Shown: positions 18,789-28,414 of the stretch, piece after piece
How the letters are laid out: each line of letters starts with the position of its first letter
Position numbering within the stretch: position 1 is the stretch's first letter
Source: an uncultured Myxococcales bacterium
GTDB lineage: Bacteria; Myxococcota_A; Bradymonadia; REDH01
Direction of reading: 5' to 3'
Assembly: GCA_965367675.1 (NCBI GenBank)
Contig: CBDUJZ010000010.1
Location: forward strand, 175 to 64,174
DNA: 64,000 bases
Notes under the pieces: model-generated
Seen by the model: only the letters and a program-made list of their open reading frames with translations
What the model was told of the DNA's origin: nothing
The model's database searches: none
Position numbers and translations under genes: made by a program

Positions 18789-19570
18789 GAGAGCAACAGC
18801 GCGCGAAGGGTGCTGGCCGCCTCATCCGGGGCCTCGAACGTGACACCGTCGAACGCCCGAACACCGATCGCGAGGCGTAGCGAGCTGAGCAGGGCGATGG
18901 ACTTCATTGTCTTGATATTATCATACGTTACGTCTGCGCGTTCCAGCGTGATTCCGCGCTCGATGAGGGCCTGCGCGGTAGTCCCCTGGAGCGCTCCCTT
19001 CGCGACTGTCGGGGTGTGCCAGCGGCCGCCGTCAAACCAAACAATGTTGGCGTCCGAGGACTCGATGACGAAACCATCTTTGCAAACAAACATCGGCGCG
19101 TCGAATCCGCTTATTTGTGCCCATCGTTTTGCCCGCTCTGTCCAGTCTCGACTTGTCGTTTTTCCGAAGCGCCCGAGCTGCGGGTGGGGGTGCGGAACGC
19201 GTCCCAGTGACACGCCGGTCGCGTACGCCGAAGGGGAGGGCGGTACATATGTGTGTACCGAAACACAAACGACCCATCGCTCCGCGGTGGGCCACGCCAT
19301 CACCCTCAGCGCGGCGCAGGGCAGCGTCTGCGCTTGGGCGAACGCGGCTCGGGTCGCTTCGTCGAGCGCTGATTCGAGCGCGCGCGCGTCGTCACAGGCG
19401 CGTTCCGCGGACTGCAGTATGCGCGCGTGGTGCAGGTGCCAGTACAGCGGCGCTCCATCCTGCACGCGGACGGTCTCAAGCAGGCCGTCGCCGAGCCGCA
19501 CGGCGGGAATCACGGGGAGCCAGTCCGCGGGCGCGCAGCGGCGTCCGTCTCGCCAGAACCACGCGCTCAT
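18785..19570 (-). CDS. pabC: Class IV aminotransferase / aminodeoxychorismate lyase (PabC-like)
   Basis: Fold-type IV PLP enzyme features (LETVRV…, internal lysine region). Start taken at MSAWFW, which gives a 4-nt overlap with the upstream gene. Confidence 0.55.
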   Translation of the reverse strand: MSAWFWRDGRRCAPADWLPVIPAVRLGDGLLETVRVQDGAPLYWHLHHARILQSAERACDDARALESALDEATRAAFAQAQTLPCAALRVMAWPTAERWVVCVSVHTYVPPSPSAYATGVSLGRVPHPHPQLGRFGKTTSRDWTERAKRWAQISGFDAPMFVCKDGFVIESSDANIVWFDGGRWHTPTVAKGALQGTTAQALIERGITLERADVTYDNIKTMKSIALLSSLRLAIGVRAFDGVTFEAPDEAASTLRALLLS

Positions 19571-20739
19571 TCCGCGTCTTCGCCGGTGCTGGCGCCGCCG
19601 TCGCCGTCCAAGTCGCTGCCCTCTTCCGCTTCGCCGTCCCACAGCCCGGTGAGCGCGTGCAGCAGGCGGTCGATCTCCAGGCGGGTGGTGTCGGCCACGT
19701 CGAGCAAGGTGCGGGCGGCCTCACGGGCTACGCCACGCGCGTCGATCTCGGGCTGCTGCGCGCCGCCGTCGTCGTCGAGCAGCATGGCCAACACACCGTC
19801 GGCTCGCTCCTCGAATCCCACCTGCACGGGGAACAGTTTCACGATGTGGCGGGCGGCGGGCAGGACCGCGGATGCGTCGGCCAGACCCCAGACGTCGACC
19901 GCTTCGGGCTCGTCCAAGCGCAGGCCGGCGAGCCAACCGGCGGCGGCACCCGCATATCCGTCCGTGAGGACTCCGCCCAGGCAAAGCGGCTCGGCGATCC
20001 AATCGGCGGGTCGCGCGCTGGCGCGGGTAGATTCGCCGCTCTGTTCCGCGTCTTGCGCTTCGGTCTCGTTGGCCAGCGCCACGGTCGCTCGGGGGCCCAC
20101 GTCGCCAAACGCACCGTCGTCGTGCTCCGGCCGCGGCAGACGGTTGGCGCGCTCAAGTACGTCGGTCATGGGCGTGCCAGCGGGCATGATCGCCACGGCC
20201 AGCGCGGGACCGAGCGAGTGGGGCTGCGCACCGTGGGCGTCCGGCGTCGACAACGCGCGGCGGGCGACCTCTTTGGCGTTGAACGCGCGGCCGAACGTGG
20301 ACATCACGGCGGCCTCGTCGAGCGCCTCGACCTCACGTCGAGACTCGTCGCCCGGGAGGTGCCAGCGCGGCACCAGCTGCACGTCGATCTGTTCGTGAGG
20401 CGACAATAGCCAGCGGCGTGTGCCGTCGGCGTCAGCGAAACCCTGGATGAGGCCGCGGAGCGATGGGAACCCAAAGTGCAGCACCCAACGCACCACGTGC
20501 TCGTCGCCGACCGCGGCTTCGCACTGCGTGCACTCGGCCGCGAACGGCGCGCCCGAGCGGTCGAGGATGGCCCGGAGCGCACGAACGGTGAGCGTGTGGA
20601 ACGGCGCGGCGTCGTAGTACCGCATGATCGCCTCTTTGCCGCACGCCGGGCAGTGCGCCTCAACGTCGCGCAGCAACAGCACTTCCGGCTGGCCGCCTGG
20701 GCCGAACGTGAACAGCAATCCTATGCCCCAGTTGCTCAA
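19567..20739 (-). CDS. Hypothetical protein with N-terminal Zn-ribbon
   Basis: CPACGK…(38 aa)…CTQCE Cys pairs. Translationally coupled to pabC. Confidence 0.4.
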   Translation of the reverse strand: MSNWGIGLLFTFGPGGQPEVLLLRDVEAHCPACGKEAIMRYYDAAPFHTLTVRALRAILDRSGAPFAAECTQCEAAVGDEHVVRWVLHFGFPSLRGLIQGFADADGTRRWLLSPHEQIDVQLVPRWHLPGDESRREVEALDEAAVMSTFGRAFNAKEVARRALSTPDAHGAQPHSLGPALAVAIMPAGTPMTDVLERANRLPRPEHDDGAFGDVGPRATVALANETEAQDAEQSGESTRASARPADWIAEPLCLGGVLTDGYAGAAAGWLAGLRLDEPEAVDVWGLADASAVLPAARHIVKLFPVQVGFEERADGVLAMLLDDDGGAQQPEIDARGVAREAARTLLDVADTTRLEIDRLLHALTGLWDGEAEEGSDLDGDGGASTGEDAE

Positions 20740-20803
20740 TTCGGTGACTCCTTCTACGCGGTGGGGGACGCCGGGCGGCGCCGGGTTGAACTAGTCGCCC
20801 GGT

Positions 20804-21997
20804 GTGCCCGCGACAAGCCTACCTGACTCCGGTCTTCTCAGCATGCCCAAGCCCTCAAGTTCCTCCGCGCATGCATCCGAGCACGACCCCGAGGTCAGCA
20901 GCGGCGCGCGCCTGCTTCGGGTGGCCGTGGTGGGTGCCGGGTTGGTGGGCGGCGCGGTGGGTTACGCGCTCAGCCGGCGTGGCGCGCAGGTCACGTTTAT
21001 CGACGCCGCGCTCGACCGTGCGGTCGACACCGTCCCGCGCGCGCTCTTGCACCCGGCCACGGGCCCGCGCGCGGCCATCAGCCAACGCCGGCGTGCGTCG
21101 TTCGACCACGCCCGCTCCGTGGTCACGGATGTGCTCGGCGAAGGCGCGCATTGGTGGCCTACCGGGTGCCTGCGCATCACGTCGGATGCCAAGCGTGCCG
21201 AGGTGTGGGCCAAGACGGCGGTACGCTGGCCCGATGTCGCTGAATGGATCGACCGCGCTGGCGTGATAGGTCGCGTGGGCACGGTTGCCGAGGACATTCG
21301 CGGTGGGCTGTGGATTCCGGACGCCATTGTGGTGGATGCGCCGGCCCTCGTCCGCCGTTTTCGCGCGCTGGCGACGGCCTCCAACCCCGCCGGGAGGATC
21401 GCTGAGCCTGTGTTGGGGATCACCGAGCGGCAGGGCGAAGACACCGAGGGCGGCGCCACGCAGGTAGCGGGAGTAGAAGTGCGCACGCCGACGGCATCGC
21501 TCGCGTTTGACGCCGTCGTGATCGCTGCGCCCGCCGGGGCGTTGCTGGAGTCGTTCGGCGTGACGCACCTGCGCCGCGTGGCCGGAGCGGTGGTCTTGGT
21601 GCAAGGCTCCACGCCGGTTCATGCGGTGGGTGAGCGCGGGCAGATCATCCCAACCGGGCTCCCTGGTCGCGCGGTCGTGAGCGCCACGCATGAGCACGAT
21701 GGCGCGCACGCGCGTGTGGACGAAGCGGGCATCGCGACGCTGATGGCCCGCGCACGCGGCGCGCTGCCCGACATCGCGATCACGGCCGACGGTGCATGGT
21801 CGGGCTACCGCCACGCTTCGCGCGACCGGGTTCCCATGGTCGGCGCGCTAGCTCCCGGTGTTTGGGCCTGCACAGCGTTCGGCTCCAAAGGCCTGTTGTT
21901 GGGGCTGTGGTCCGCGGACCAGGTGGCCGCCCGCGTGGTGGGCGATGCCGTGGAGCCACTGCCGGCGGAGTGGGACCCGATGCGCGGCCAGTCGTGA
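20804..21997 (+). CDS. FAD-dependent oxidoreductase (DAO/ThiO/MnmC-C-terminal-like)
   Basis: Dinucleotide-binding motif VAVVGAGLVGGAVGYAL; C-terminal DAO-like region. Confidence 0.6.
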   Translation: MPATSLPDSGLLSMPKPSSSSAHASEHDPEVSSGARLLRVAVVGAGLVGGAVGYALSRRGAQVTFIDAALDRAVDTVPRALLHPATGPRAAISQRRRASFDHARSVVTDVLGEGAHWWPTGCLRITSDAKRAEVWAKTAVRWPDVAEWIDRAGVIGRVGTVAEDIRGGLWIPDAIVVDAPALVRRFRALATASNPAGRIAEPVLGITERQGEDTEGGATQVAGVEVRTPTASLAFDAVVIAAPAGALLESFGVTHLRRVAGAVVLVQGSTPVHAVGERGQIIPTGLPGRAVVSATHEHDGAHARVDEAGIATLMARARGALPDIAITADGAWSGYRHASRDRVPMVGALAPGVWACTAFGSKGLLLGLWSADQVAARVVGDAVEPLPAEWDPMRGQS

Positions 21998-22018
21998 TTG
22001 CGGCCGGCCGCAGTGCGG

Positions 22019-22381
22019 CTACTGCCGCACCCAGCCGATGCTGAGCACGTATCGCACGCCCGCTTCGACGGGCGTCACCGAGTGCGGCGACAGGTCGGGG
22101 CGGAACAGCTTGATGCGCGGGGTCTGCAGTAACGGGTCGGCGCACCGGAACTCGCCGCCTTCGCGGGCGCGCTTGAGCTCCACATTTAGCCGATAGTGCC
22201 GCTTGTTGCGGACGGGATCGGTGTGCTCGGGGATGCCAGCGCCGGGTCGATATCGCAGCAGGTAGCAGTCCCACGGGACCAGGAAGGGGCTCGTGGCCAG
22301 CAGCATTTTGTCGTAGCCGGAGCCTTGTCGCCCGGTGCGCCAGCGGAGGAGGCCGCTGAGGAGGGAGGTGATTTGTGACAT
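22019..22381 (-). CDS. Small 2OG-Fe(II) oxygenase-like protein
   Basis: H-x-D…H facial triad candidates (PEHTDP … SPHSV). Start taken at MSQITSLL. Confidence 0.35.
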   Translation of the reverse strand: MSQITSLLSGLLRWRTGRQGSGYDKMLLATSPFLVPWDCYLLRYRPGAGIPEHTDPVRNKRHYRLNVELKRAREGGEFRCADPLLQTPRIKLFRPDLSPHSVTPVEAGVRYVLSIGWVRQ

Positions 22382-22905
22382 GGCGTGGGGGTCGTGCTGG
22401 CGGGCGCCGGAGCGGGCTGGGTTGGAACGGCGGCCGCAAAAACAAGCACCTCCGACCGGTGGCTCGAGGGCCTCGTGGGTTCGACTAAACCCACATCCGG
22501 TCGGAGGCGGTGATGACTGGGACGGTTCTAGCGCGTTCACCGCTCAAGCACAGGACGGCTCGTGTTTCGTACGTTATGTTTGCACACAACGTCCGGCCTC
22601 GAGCACCAGAGCTGACGGTGATTGAGCGTCGCTAGAAAGCCATCACCTCACCGGTCGAATTACATAGGCTAGACAATTTGATCACCTCCTCTCCGGCAAG
22701 TCAGTTGCGCGGACTCCCATCCGCTTGCTCAGGCTCAGCGCCGATTTCCGGCCTGGGCGTATGTTCGCCCACTACGTGGGACTGGGACCCGAGCGGTGTC
22801 ACCCGGGAGGTCGGTAGCTCGCTACGCTACCTTCAACCTGAACCAACGATAGGGACGTGTTTTATTCGATGCAACTGCTTTGTTACGTTGCCGCGAAATG
22901 TGTTC

Positions 22906-24150
22906 TCAGAACGAGAACCGAACGCCGCCGTCGTCGCTGGGCGTGACGCGCGCGGGCGCTGATGTTTGCTCCGCTTGCGGCCGTGTCAGCGCCACGACGG
23001 TGCCTGCTACCACCAGCCCGAGGCCGCCCGTGAGGAGCCCCGCAGCGGCGCGGCCCGGCCGATCGCCGCGGCCTGACGGCTCACCCATGGCGACCGCGAA
23101 CCCGGCAACCGCGCCTGTGCCGCCGACCATCCACAGCGATCGGCTGACCCATCGGGATGGCATCATCACTGTCTCGCGCAGCTCGGCCGGGGTGGCGGTC
23201 GTCCGCTCCATGCAGGCCGCGCGGACGGTGGTCGCCGACGTGCGCAGCGCCTCGTACGGCTCACCCAGGCTGGCGGCGTCGAGCGCGTACAGCGTATCCA
23301 AGGCCGTCTGGCTGGCGTCGCAGCGGCCCACCGAGGCGTGTAGTGAGACCAAGTTCTCGAACAGCACGTAGCGCTGCGCGACCGCCTCACGCTCCAGCGC
23401 GGGCGGCATGTCACCGCTGTTGAGCCAGCCGTTTAGGTAGCCGATGAGCGCGCTCACACGGGTGATCACGGCGTCGGCCGCGTCGTCTACCGCCGCTTGA
23501 TGCGTTGGGCTGTGCGTCGGCGCGGCGTCGGCGTCTGCGGTGACCGGGGCTTCCTCGGCAGCGGGCGCGGCGCTGGTCGCGGCCATCAGCGCGGCGTCGG
23601 CGTACGACATGGCCGTGCGAAGCGCCAAGTAGTCGCCAATATTGTGTGCGCGGGGGCTCCACGACGGCTGGCAGAGCGCCCAACCCACGGCGACCGCCTC
23701 GTGCGCGCGCGATCGCGCGTCCAAGAATGCGTTCACGGCGGCTTGGGCAGCCTCGTCGGCAGCGGCCGCCTCAGCGTCTTCTTCTGTTGGCGCTTCGACC
23801 TCTGACTCGGCCTCCGCCTCTTCTTGGGCAGGTTCTTCGACCTCTTCCGCGGCAGGCTCTTCGACGTCTTCCGCGGCTGGCTCTTCGACGTCTTCCGCGG
23901 CAGGCTCGTCCGTTTCAGCCTGTGCTTCGGCCTCCGCCGCTTCTTCGGTCTGTGCTTCGGCCTCCGCCTCTTCCTCGGCATGTGCTTCGGCCTCGCTCTC
24001 ATCGTCCGCTTCCTCGTCGGGCGTGGTGGGCGCAGGTGTGAGGGGCGTTGGAGCGGGACCCCACGGCGAAAGGACTGGTTCTTGTGCCGAGCTGGGCGCC
24101 GACAGCAGCAGTGCGGCCGCGAGCGGCCAACCCCATATGGATCGGATCAT
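22906..24150 (-). CDS. Secreted acidic low-complexity protein
   Basis: Signal peptide, then a ~95-residue E/A/D-rich tract (EEAEAEAQ…, EDVEEPAA repeats), a globular region, and a C-terminal hydrophobic anchor. ATGA-coupled to the upstream kinase. Confidence 0.5.
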   Translation of the reverse strand: MIRSIWGWPLAAALLLSAPSSAQEPVLSPWGPAPTPLTPAPTTPDEEADDESEAEAHAEEEAEAEAQTEEAAEAEAQAETDEPAAEDVEEPAAEDVEEPAAEEVEEPAQEEAEAESEVEAPTEEDAEAAAADEAAQAAVNAFLDARSRAHEAVAVGWALCQPSWSPRAHNIGDYLALRTAMSYADAALMAATSAAPAAEEAPVTADADAAPTHSPTHQAAVDDAADAVITRVSALIGYLNGWLNSGDMPPALEREAVAQRYVLFENLVSLHASVGRCDASQTALDTLYALDAASLGEPYEALRTSATTVRAACMERTTATPAELRETVMMPSRWVSRSLWMVGGTGAVAGFAVAMGEPSGRGDRPGRAAAGLLTGGLGLVVAGTVVALTRPQAEQTSAPARVTPSDDGGVRFSF

Positions 24151-25973
24151 TGCGTCCGCGGGGCGATCGACGGGCCGAGAAGTGAAGTGCCGCTGTTGTT
24201 GCTGTCGTCCGAGGGGGCTTCGGCGCGGGAGCGGCGGGAGCGGCGGCGCGTGGGCGGCGGCTCTGACTCCGCTGGCGTGCCCTGCTGGCCGAGCGCCTGC
24301 AGGTCGACGGACAGGTCCACGGGGCCGAAGTCGAGGACCTCGTGTGTGTAGACGAGGCCAGACGACACCAGCGAGAGTTGGATGGGGCGGGTGATGGGGA
24401 TCGCCGTGTTGGCGGGCAGCACCCAGCCGTCGCCGTCGGGTACCAGGACCGCGGCTTCTTCGCCGTTGACCAAGAGGCGCGCGGCGGCGGTGGTGCGCAC
24501 GCGTACGATGGACGAGCGTGCGTCCCAGCGCGCGTTGTCGATGTTTGCGCGCGCCGCCCAGATCGCGGTGGATTCGGGCGTAATGACCTCGACCGGTTTG
24601 GGGGTGGGCTCTGCGGTGTTGTTTTCCGAGGGCGCTTCGGCCTGTGGAGCGGGGACCCTCGCGGGGAGCGCCACGGAGGTGGGTACGATGAGCGTGGGGG
24701 GCTCGACGGGGTCGGCGGCGCGGCCCGGCGCTTGGGTGACCGCGATCGCGGCGAGCGTGACGACGACGGCGCCGGCGACGAGTCCGCCGACGACTTTACG
24801 ACCGCGGCGTGCGCGCAGCGTCCGGGGGCCTTCGGCGGCGACCCGGGTGGTCTTCTCGAGGGCGCCGCGGAAGCCGCTGACCATGGGCGCGTCGTGCTCG
24901 AGCGCGGGCAGGTACGGCGGCAGCTGCGTGAAGATGGTGGAGGCCATGACCGCGCGGGTCGGCTCGTCGAGCAGCGGCACGAACTGCGAAGCGCGGAGCT
25001 CGATGATGCCGCCCTCGTCGACCGGCGGCGGCGGCAGCACGTCGAGGGGGATCTCGGTGTTCGCGGGGAGCCGGATGCGGGAGTAGACGTCCTGCAGGGC
25101 GTCGAGCATCTCTTCGGCGGTTTGGTATCGCTCGTCGAGCCGCTTCGCGACGGCGGTTCGAATGAGCGGGCCGAGCGCGCTGGAGGCGGCGACGGGTCCG
25201 ATCGGCACGGGCGCGGAGAGCAGGTGCGGCGAGTTGTCGAGGCTGCAGTCCACGTCGAGGTACGGCGGCTTGCCGTCGAGCATCTCGGCCATCACGAGGC
25301 CGAGCGCGTAGAGGTCGGTGCGGAAGTCGGGCGAGCCGAGCAGCAGCTCTGGGGCTGCGTAGAGCGGGGTGCAGAACACTTGATCGGTGCCGGTGCTCGC
25401 GTGCGCGATGCGCTCCATCTGGGCGGCGGTGACCTTGACCTGGGGGTCACCCATGACCTTGGCGATGCCGAAGTCGAGCACGCGTGCGACGGCGTGGCGT
25501 TCGCCGGGCTCGCGGATCATGAGCACGTTGGCCGGCTTGAGGTCGCGGTGCACGATGCCTAGCGCGTGCGCTTCTGCGAGCGCCTTGAGCACGTGGATGC
25601 CGAGCCGGGCGGTGTCGGTCTCACGCAGCGGCGCGCTGGCACGGATGACACGGTCGAGCGGAGCGCCGTCGACGTACTCCATGACGAGAAACGGCGCCTC
25701 GGTGGCTGTGAAGCCGAAGTCGATGAGCCGCACGGTGTGCCGATTCCGCAGCATCGCGAGCAGGCTGGCCTCGCGTTTGAAGCGCTCGAGAATGCCGTTG
25801 CGCCCCAGGTGCGCGCCGTGCAGCACTTTGACCGCCACGCGGAGCGATTCGATCTCCAGGTGGTGCGCCAGGTACACGTCCGCAAAGCCGCCGCGACCGA
25901 GCAGGCGCTCGATGCGGTATCGGTCGGCCAAAATCTGGCCGCTTAGCGTCGTATGGGAGGGGGTAGCGCGCAC
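24147..25973 (-). CDS. Ser/Thr protein kinase, membrane-anchored
   Basis: Motifs GRGGFADVY, HRDLKPANVLM, DFGIAK, APE, followed by a TM helix and an extracytoplasmic C-terminus. Confidence 0.8.
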   Translation of the reverse strand: MRATPSHTTLSGQILADRYRIERLLGRGGFADVYLAHHLEIESLRVAVKVLHGAHLGRNGILERFKREASLLAMLRNRHTVRLIDFGFTATEAPFLVMEYVDGAPLDRVIRASAPLRETDTARLGIHVLKALAEAHALGIVHRDLKPANVLMIREPGERHAVARVLDFGIAKVMGDPQVKVTAAQMERIAHASTGTDQVFCTPLYAAPELLLGSPDFRTDLYALGLVMAEMLDGKPPYLDVDCSLDNSPHLLSAPVPIGPVAASSALGPLIRTAVAKRLDERYQTAEEMLDALQDVYSRIRLPANTEIPLDVLPPPPVDEGGIIELRASQFVPLLDEPTRAVMASTIFTQLPPYLPALEHDAPMVSGFRGALEKTTRVAAEGPRTLRARRGRKVVGGLVAGAVVVTLAAIAVTQAPGRAADPVEPPTLIVPTSVALPARVPAPQAEAPSENNTAEPTPKPVEVITPESTAIWAARANIDNARWDARSSIVRVRTTAAARLLVNGEEAAVLVPDGDGWVLPANTAIPITRPIQLSLVSSGLVYTHEVLDFGPVDLSVDLQALGQQGTPAESEPPPTRRRSRRSRAEAPSDDSNNSGTSLLGPSIAPRTQ

Positions 25974-26104
25974 GCGTGTATCATAGCGCCTGCGCGCCGA
26001 TGATCAAGGGTGTAACAGGCTGAATAAACAGTGGTTTTACCCACTGCGCCGCACATGTGCGCAGGCCGTGAGACGGCGTTCTTACCGGGCCTGCACGCAT
26101 CTTG

Positions 26105-26689
26105 CTACTGCTGCCCAAACCCCGAGCGGCTGCTCTCCAGTTTGTGCACCGCGTCCGACGCCGCCGCCCGAACCTCGGGGTCGGCATCGCCCAGCGCCGT
26201 AAGGATTCGCTCGATGGCGCTCGGGTCGCCCAAGTTGCCGATGGCGTAGAGCGCGATGCGCCGCGCGGCTGGCTCGGCGTCGTCCAACAGCGCCAACAAC
26301 GGGGCGACGGCGCGCAAATCACCGAGCTCTCCCAGGGCGTAAGCCGCGGTGCAGCGCACGACGATCGCCGGGTCGGAGAGCGCGTTATGCAGCGCCGCAT
26401 AACCTGCAATATCGCCCAAATCTCCCAACGCCTCGGCCGCCTCGGCGCGCGCCATCGGGTCCGGGTCCGACATGCCGGACACCAGCGGTTGCACGAGCCG
26501 CATCGCGACCATCGCGTCGGCGGCGCGGCTGCGCACCAGCGGCGACTCGTCCGCAAACGCGCGGCACACCAGGCTGGCCGAGAACCGATCGTCCAGGTGA
26601 CTCACCAGGTCCACGGCCTCCGCCCGACGTTCGGGGTCGGACGAGCGGAGCAGCACGGCGGCGCGTGCGCGATTGAGGAGTGGAGTCAA
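26105..26689 (-). CDS. HEAT / PBS-lyase repeat protein
   Basis: Repeated ~30 aa units with DP…VR…A..ALG.LGD, which is the PBS-lyase HEAT-like pattern. Confidence 0.5.
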   Translation of the reverse strand: MTPLLNRARAAVLLRSSDPERRAEAVDLVSHLDDRFSASLVCRAFADESPLVRSRAADAMVAMRLVQPLVSGMSDPDPMARAEAAEALGDLGDIAGYAALHNALSDPAIVVRCTAAYALGELGDLRAVAPLLALLDDAEPAARRIALYAIGNLGDPSAIERILTALGDADPEVRAAASDAVHKLESSRSGFGQQ

Positions 26690-26802
26690 TGTGGGTAAAT
26701 GTAGGAACGTTGCGCAAAAGACGTGTGAATGCCATGGTACTCTCCCATTTCAGCATTCGAACGTCTACGCTGTGTCCCGTGGGTACCTCTAACGCCAATC
26801 CG

Positions 26803-28233
26803 ATGAGTCAGCAGACTGTGGATGTGGACTTCGACAATGTCGTGGTGCGCGTTGGCGCGGGTGCGTCCACGGCGTTTGGCAGCGTCGAGGCGTCGCTGTT
26901 GGGGCGGCCGTTTGAGTCGTTGTTTCAGCGCCGCGACCACGCGCATGTGGGCTACCTGCTGGGCGGCAAACGCGAGTCGATAACCGCTGGCGTGCGCCGA
27001 GCCCATGCGCAGACGCGCACGGTGGCGCTGCAGCGCGTCGAGTGCGACACGGTGCACCGCTTCTTCGTGATCGACGTGTCGGGCCTGGGCGGTCGCGCGC
27101 TCGACCACGACCGCTTCTTCCAGATCTCCCACGACTTGGTTTGCACGGCGGGACTGGATGGGTTCTTTGAGCGTGTCAGCCCGTCGTTCACCGACCTGCT
27201 GGGGTACACCGAAGAGGAGCTGCTCACGCGGCCGATCATGGATTTCCTGCATCCGGACGACCGCGAGAAGACCAGCGCGCAGTTCGATCGGCTGGCCGAG
27301 ATGGAGCTCGGCGATCCGCAGTTCTTCAACCGGTACTTCGACTGCAACAAGCGCGAGGTTTGGTTGCAGTGGGCGTCTCGGCTCGACCGCGAGACCGGGC
27401 TCGTCTACGCCATCGCGCGCGATATCACGAAGCAGAAGGACCTGGAGCGGAAGCTGGTCGCCGCCCGCGAAGAAGCGGAGAAGGCGAACACCGCCAAGTC
27501 GAGCTTCCTCGCCAGCATGAGCCACGAGCTGCGCACGCCGCTGAACGCCATCATCGGCTACAGCGAGATGCTCATCGACGAGTTCGAAGACGACGGCCTG
27601 CGGGCCGACCTGCAGCACGTGTGCGACGCCGGTCACCAGCTCTTGCAGCTGATCAACGGCATCCTCGACCTGTCCAAGATCGAAGCCGGCCGGCTCGATG
27701 TGTACTTTGAGGCTGTGCAGCTTGAGGAGCTCATCGAGGGCGTGGTCGCCACCGTGAGCCCGATGGTGAAACGGAACGGCAACACGTTCTCGCTCGATGT
27801 GACCGCGACCGGCCGCCTGCTCTCCGACCGCCGAAAGCTCCACCAAGTGCTGCTGAATCTGCTCAGCAATGCCGCCAAGTTTACCCAGGACGGCGAGGTT
27901 ACGCTGCGGGTCCACAAGGCGGGCGCTGATGTGCGCTTTATCGTGGAAGATTCAGGGGTTGGCATGAGCGAGTCCGAGCTCAAACGTATGTTTGTGCCGT
28001 TCGCCCAAGGCACCAAGGACGCCCACGGAAACTTCCTCGGGACCGGGCTCGGCGTGCCCATCGCCGTGCGATTTGCAGAGGCCCTCGGCATTCGCTTCGA
28101 GGTCGAGAGCACGCCGGGACAGGGCACCAAATTTACGCTCACCGTGCCGCGCGCGCCGGTCCTCGGACCCGAGGCGGAGCAGGTCACCGGTGGCTACCTG
28201 GTGGTCCGCGACGAAACCGGAAACGACCGTTAG
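26803..28233 (+). CDS. PAS-domain sensor histidine kinase
   Basis: PAS region, H-box SHELRTPLN, HATPase N/G boxes. The ORF track starts at 26680. The later MSQQT start avoids overlap with the divergent HEAT gene. Confidence 0.75.
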   Translation: MSQQTVDVDFDNVVVRVGAGASTAFGSVEASLLGRPFESLFQRRDHAHVGYLLGGKRESITAGVRRAHAQTRTVALQRVECDTVHRFFVIDVSGLGGRALDHDRFFQISHDLVCTAGLDGFFERVSPSFTDLLGYTEEELLTRPIMDFLHPDDREKTSAQFDRLAEMELGDPQFFNRYFDCNKREVWLQWASRLDRETGLVYAIARDITKQKDLERKLVAAREEAEKANTAKSSFLASMSHELRTPLNAIIGYSEMLIDEFEDDGLRADLQHVCDAGHQLLQLINGILDLSKIEAGRLDVYFEAVQLEELIEGVVATVSPMVKRNGNTFSLDVTATGRLLSDRRKLHQVLLNLLSNAAKFTQDGEVTLRVHKAGADVRFIVEDSGVGMSESELKRMFVPFAQGTKDAHGNFLGTGLGVPIAVRFAEALGIRFEVESTPGQGTKFTLTVPRAPVLGPEAEQVTGGYLVVRDETGNDR

Positions 28234-28414
28234 CGGAACTTCGGTGGACCTGAATCGAGGGGCCCGCTAAGGACTTTTCGCACGAATCAGACCTTAGGTC
28301 GTGACCGGCGTTTGTTCGGCATGTCCACGCGCCAACCGTGACCGCGGGGGCCGATGCCGCGCTCGCGGCGGCCCACACTCGCGCCCCGGCACACGCGCAT
28401 CTCATCCCGTGCGA

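Noticed and set aside
22780-22860. tRNA-like fragment (ggtcggtagctcgctacgctacc)
   Set aside because: It resembles a D-arm only. No acceptor stem, anticodon or T-arm (GGTTCGAATCC-like) partner is detectable. I do not call a tRNA.
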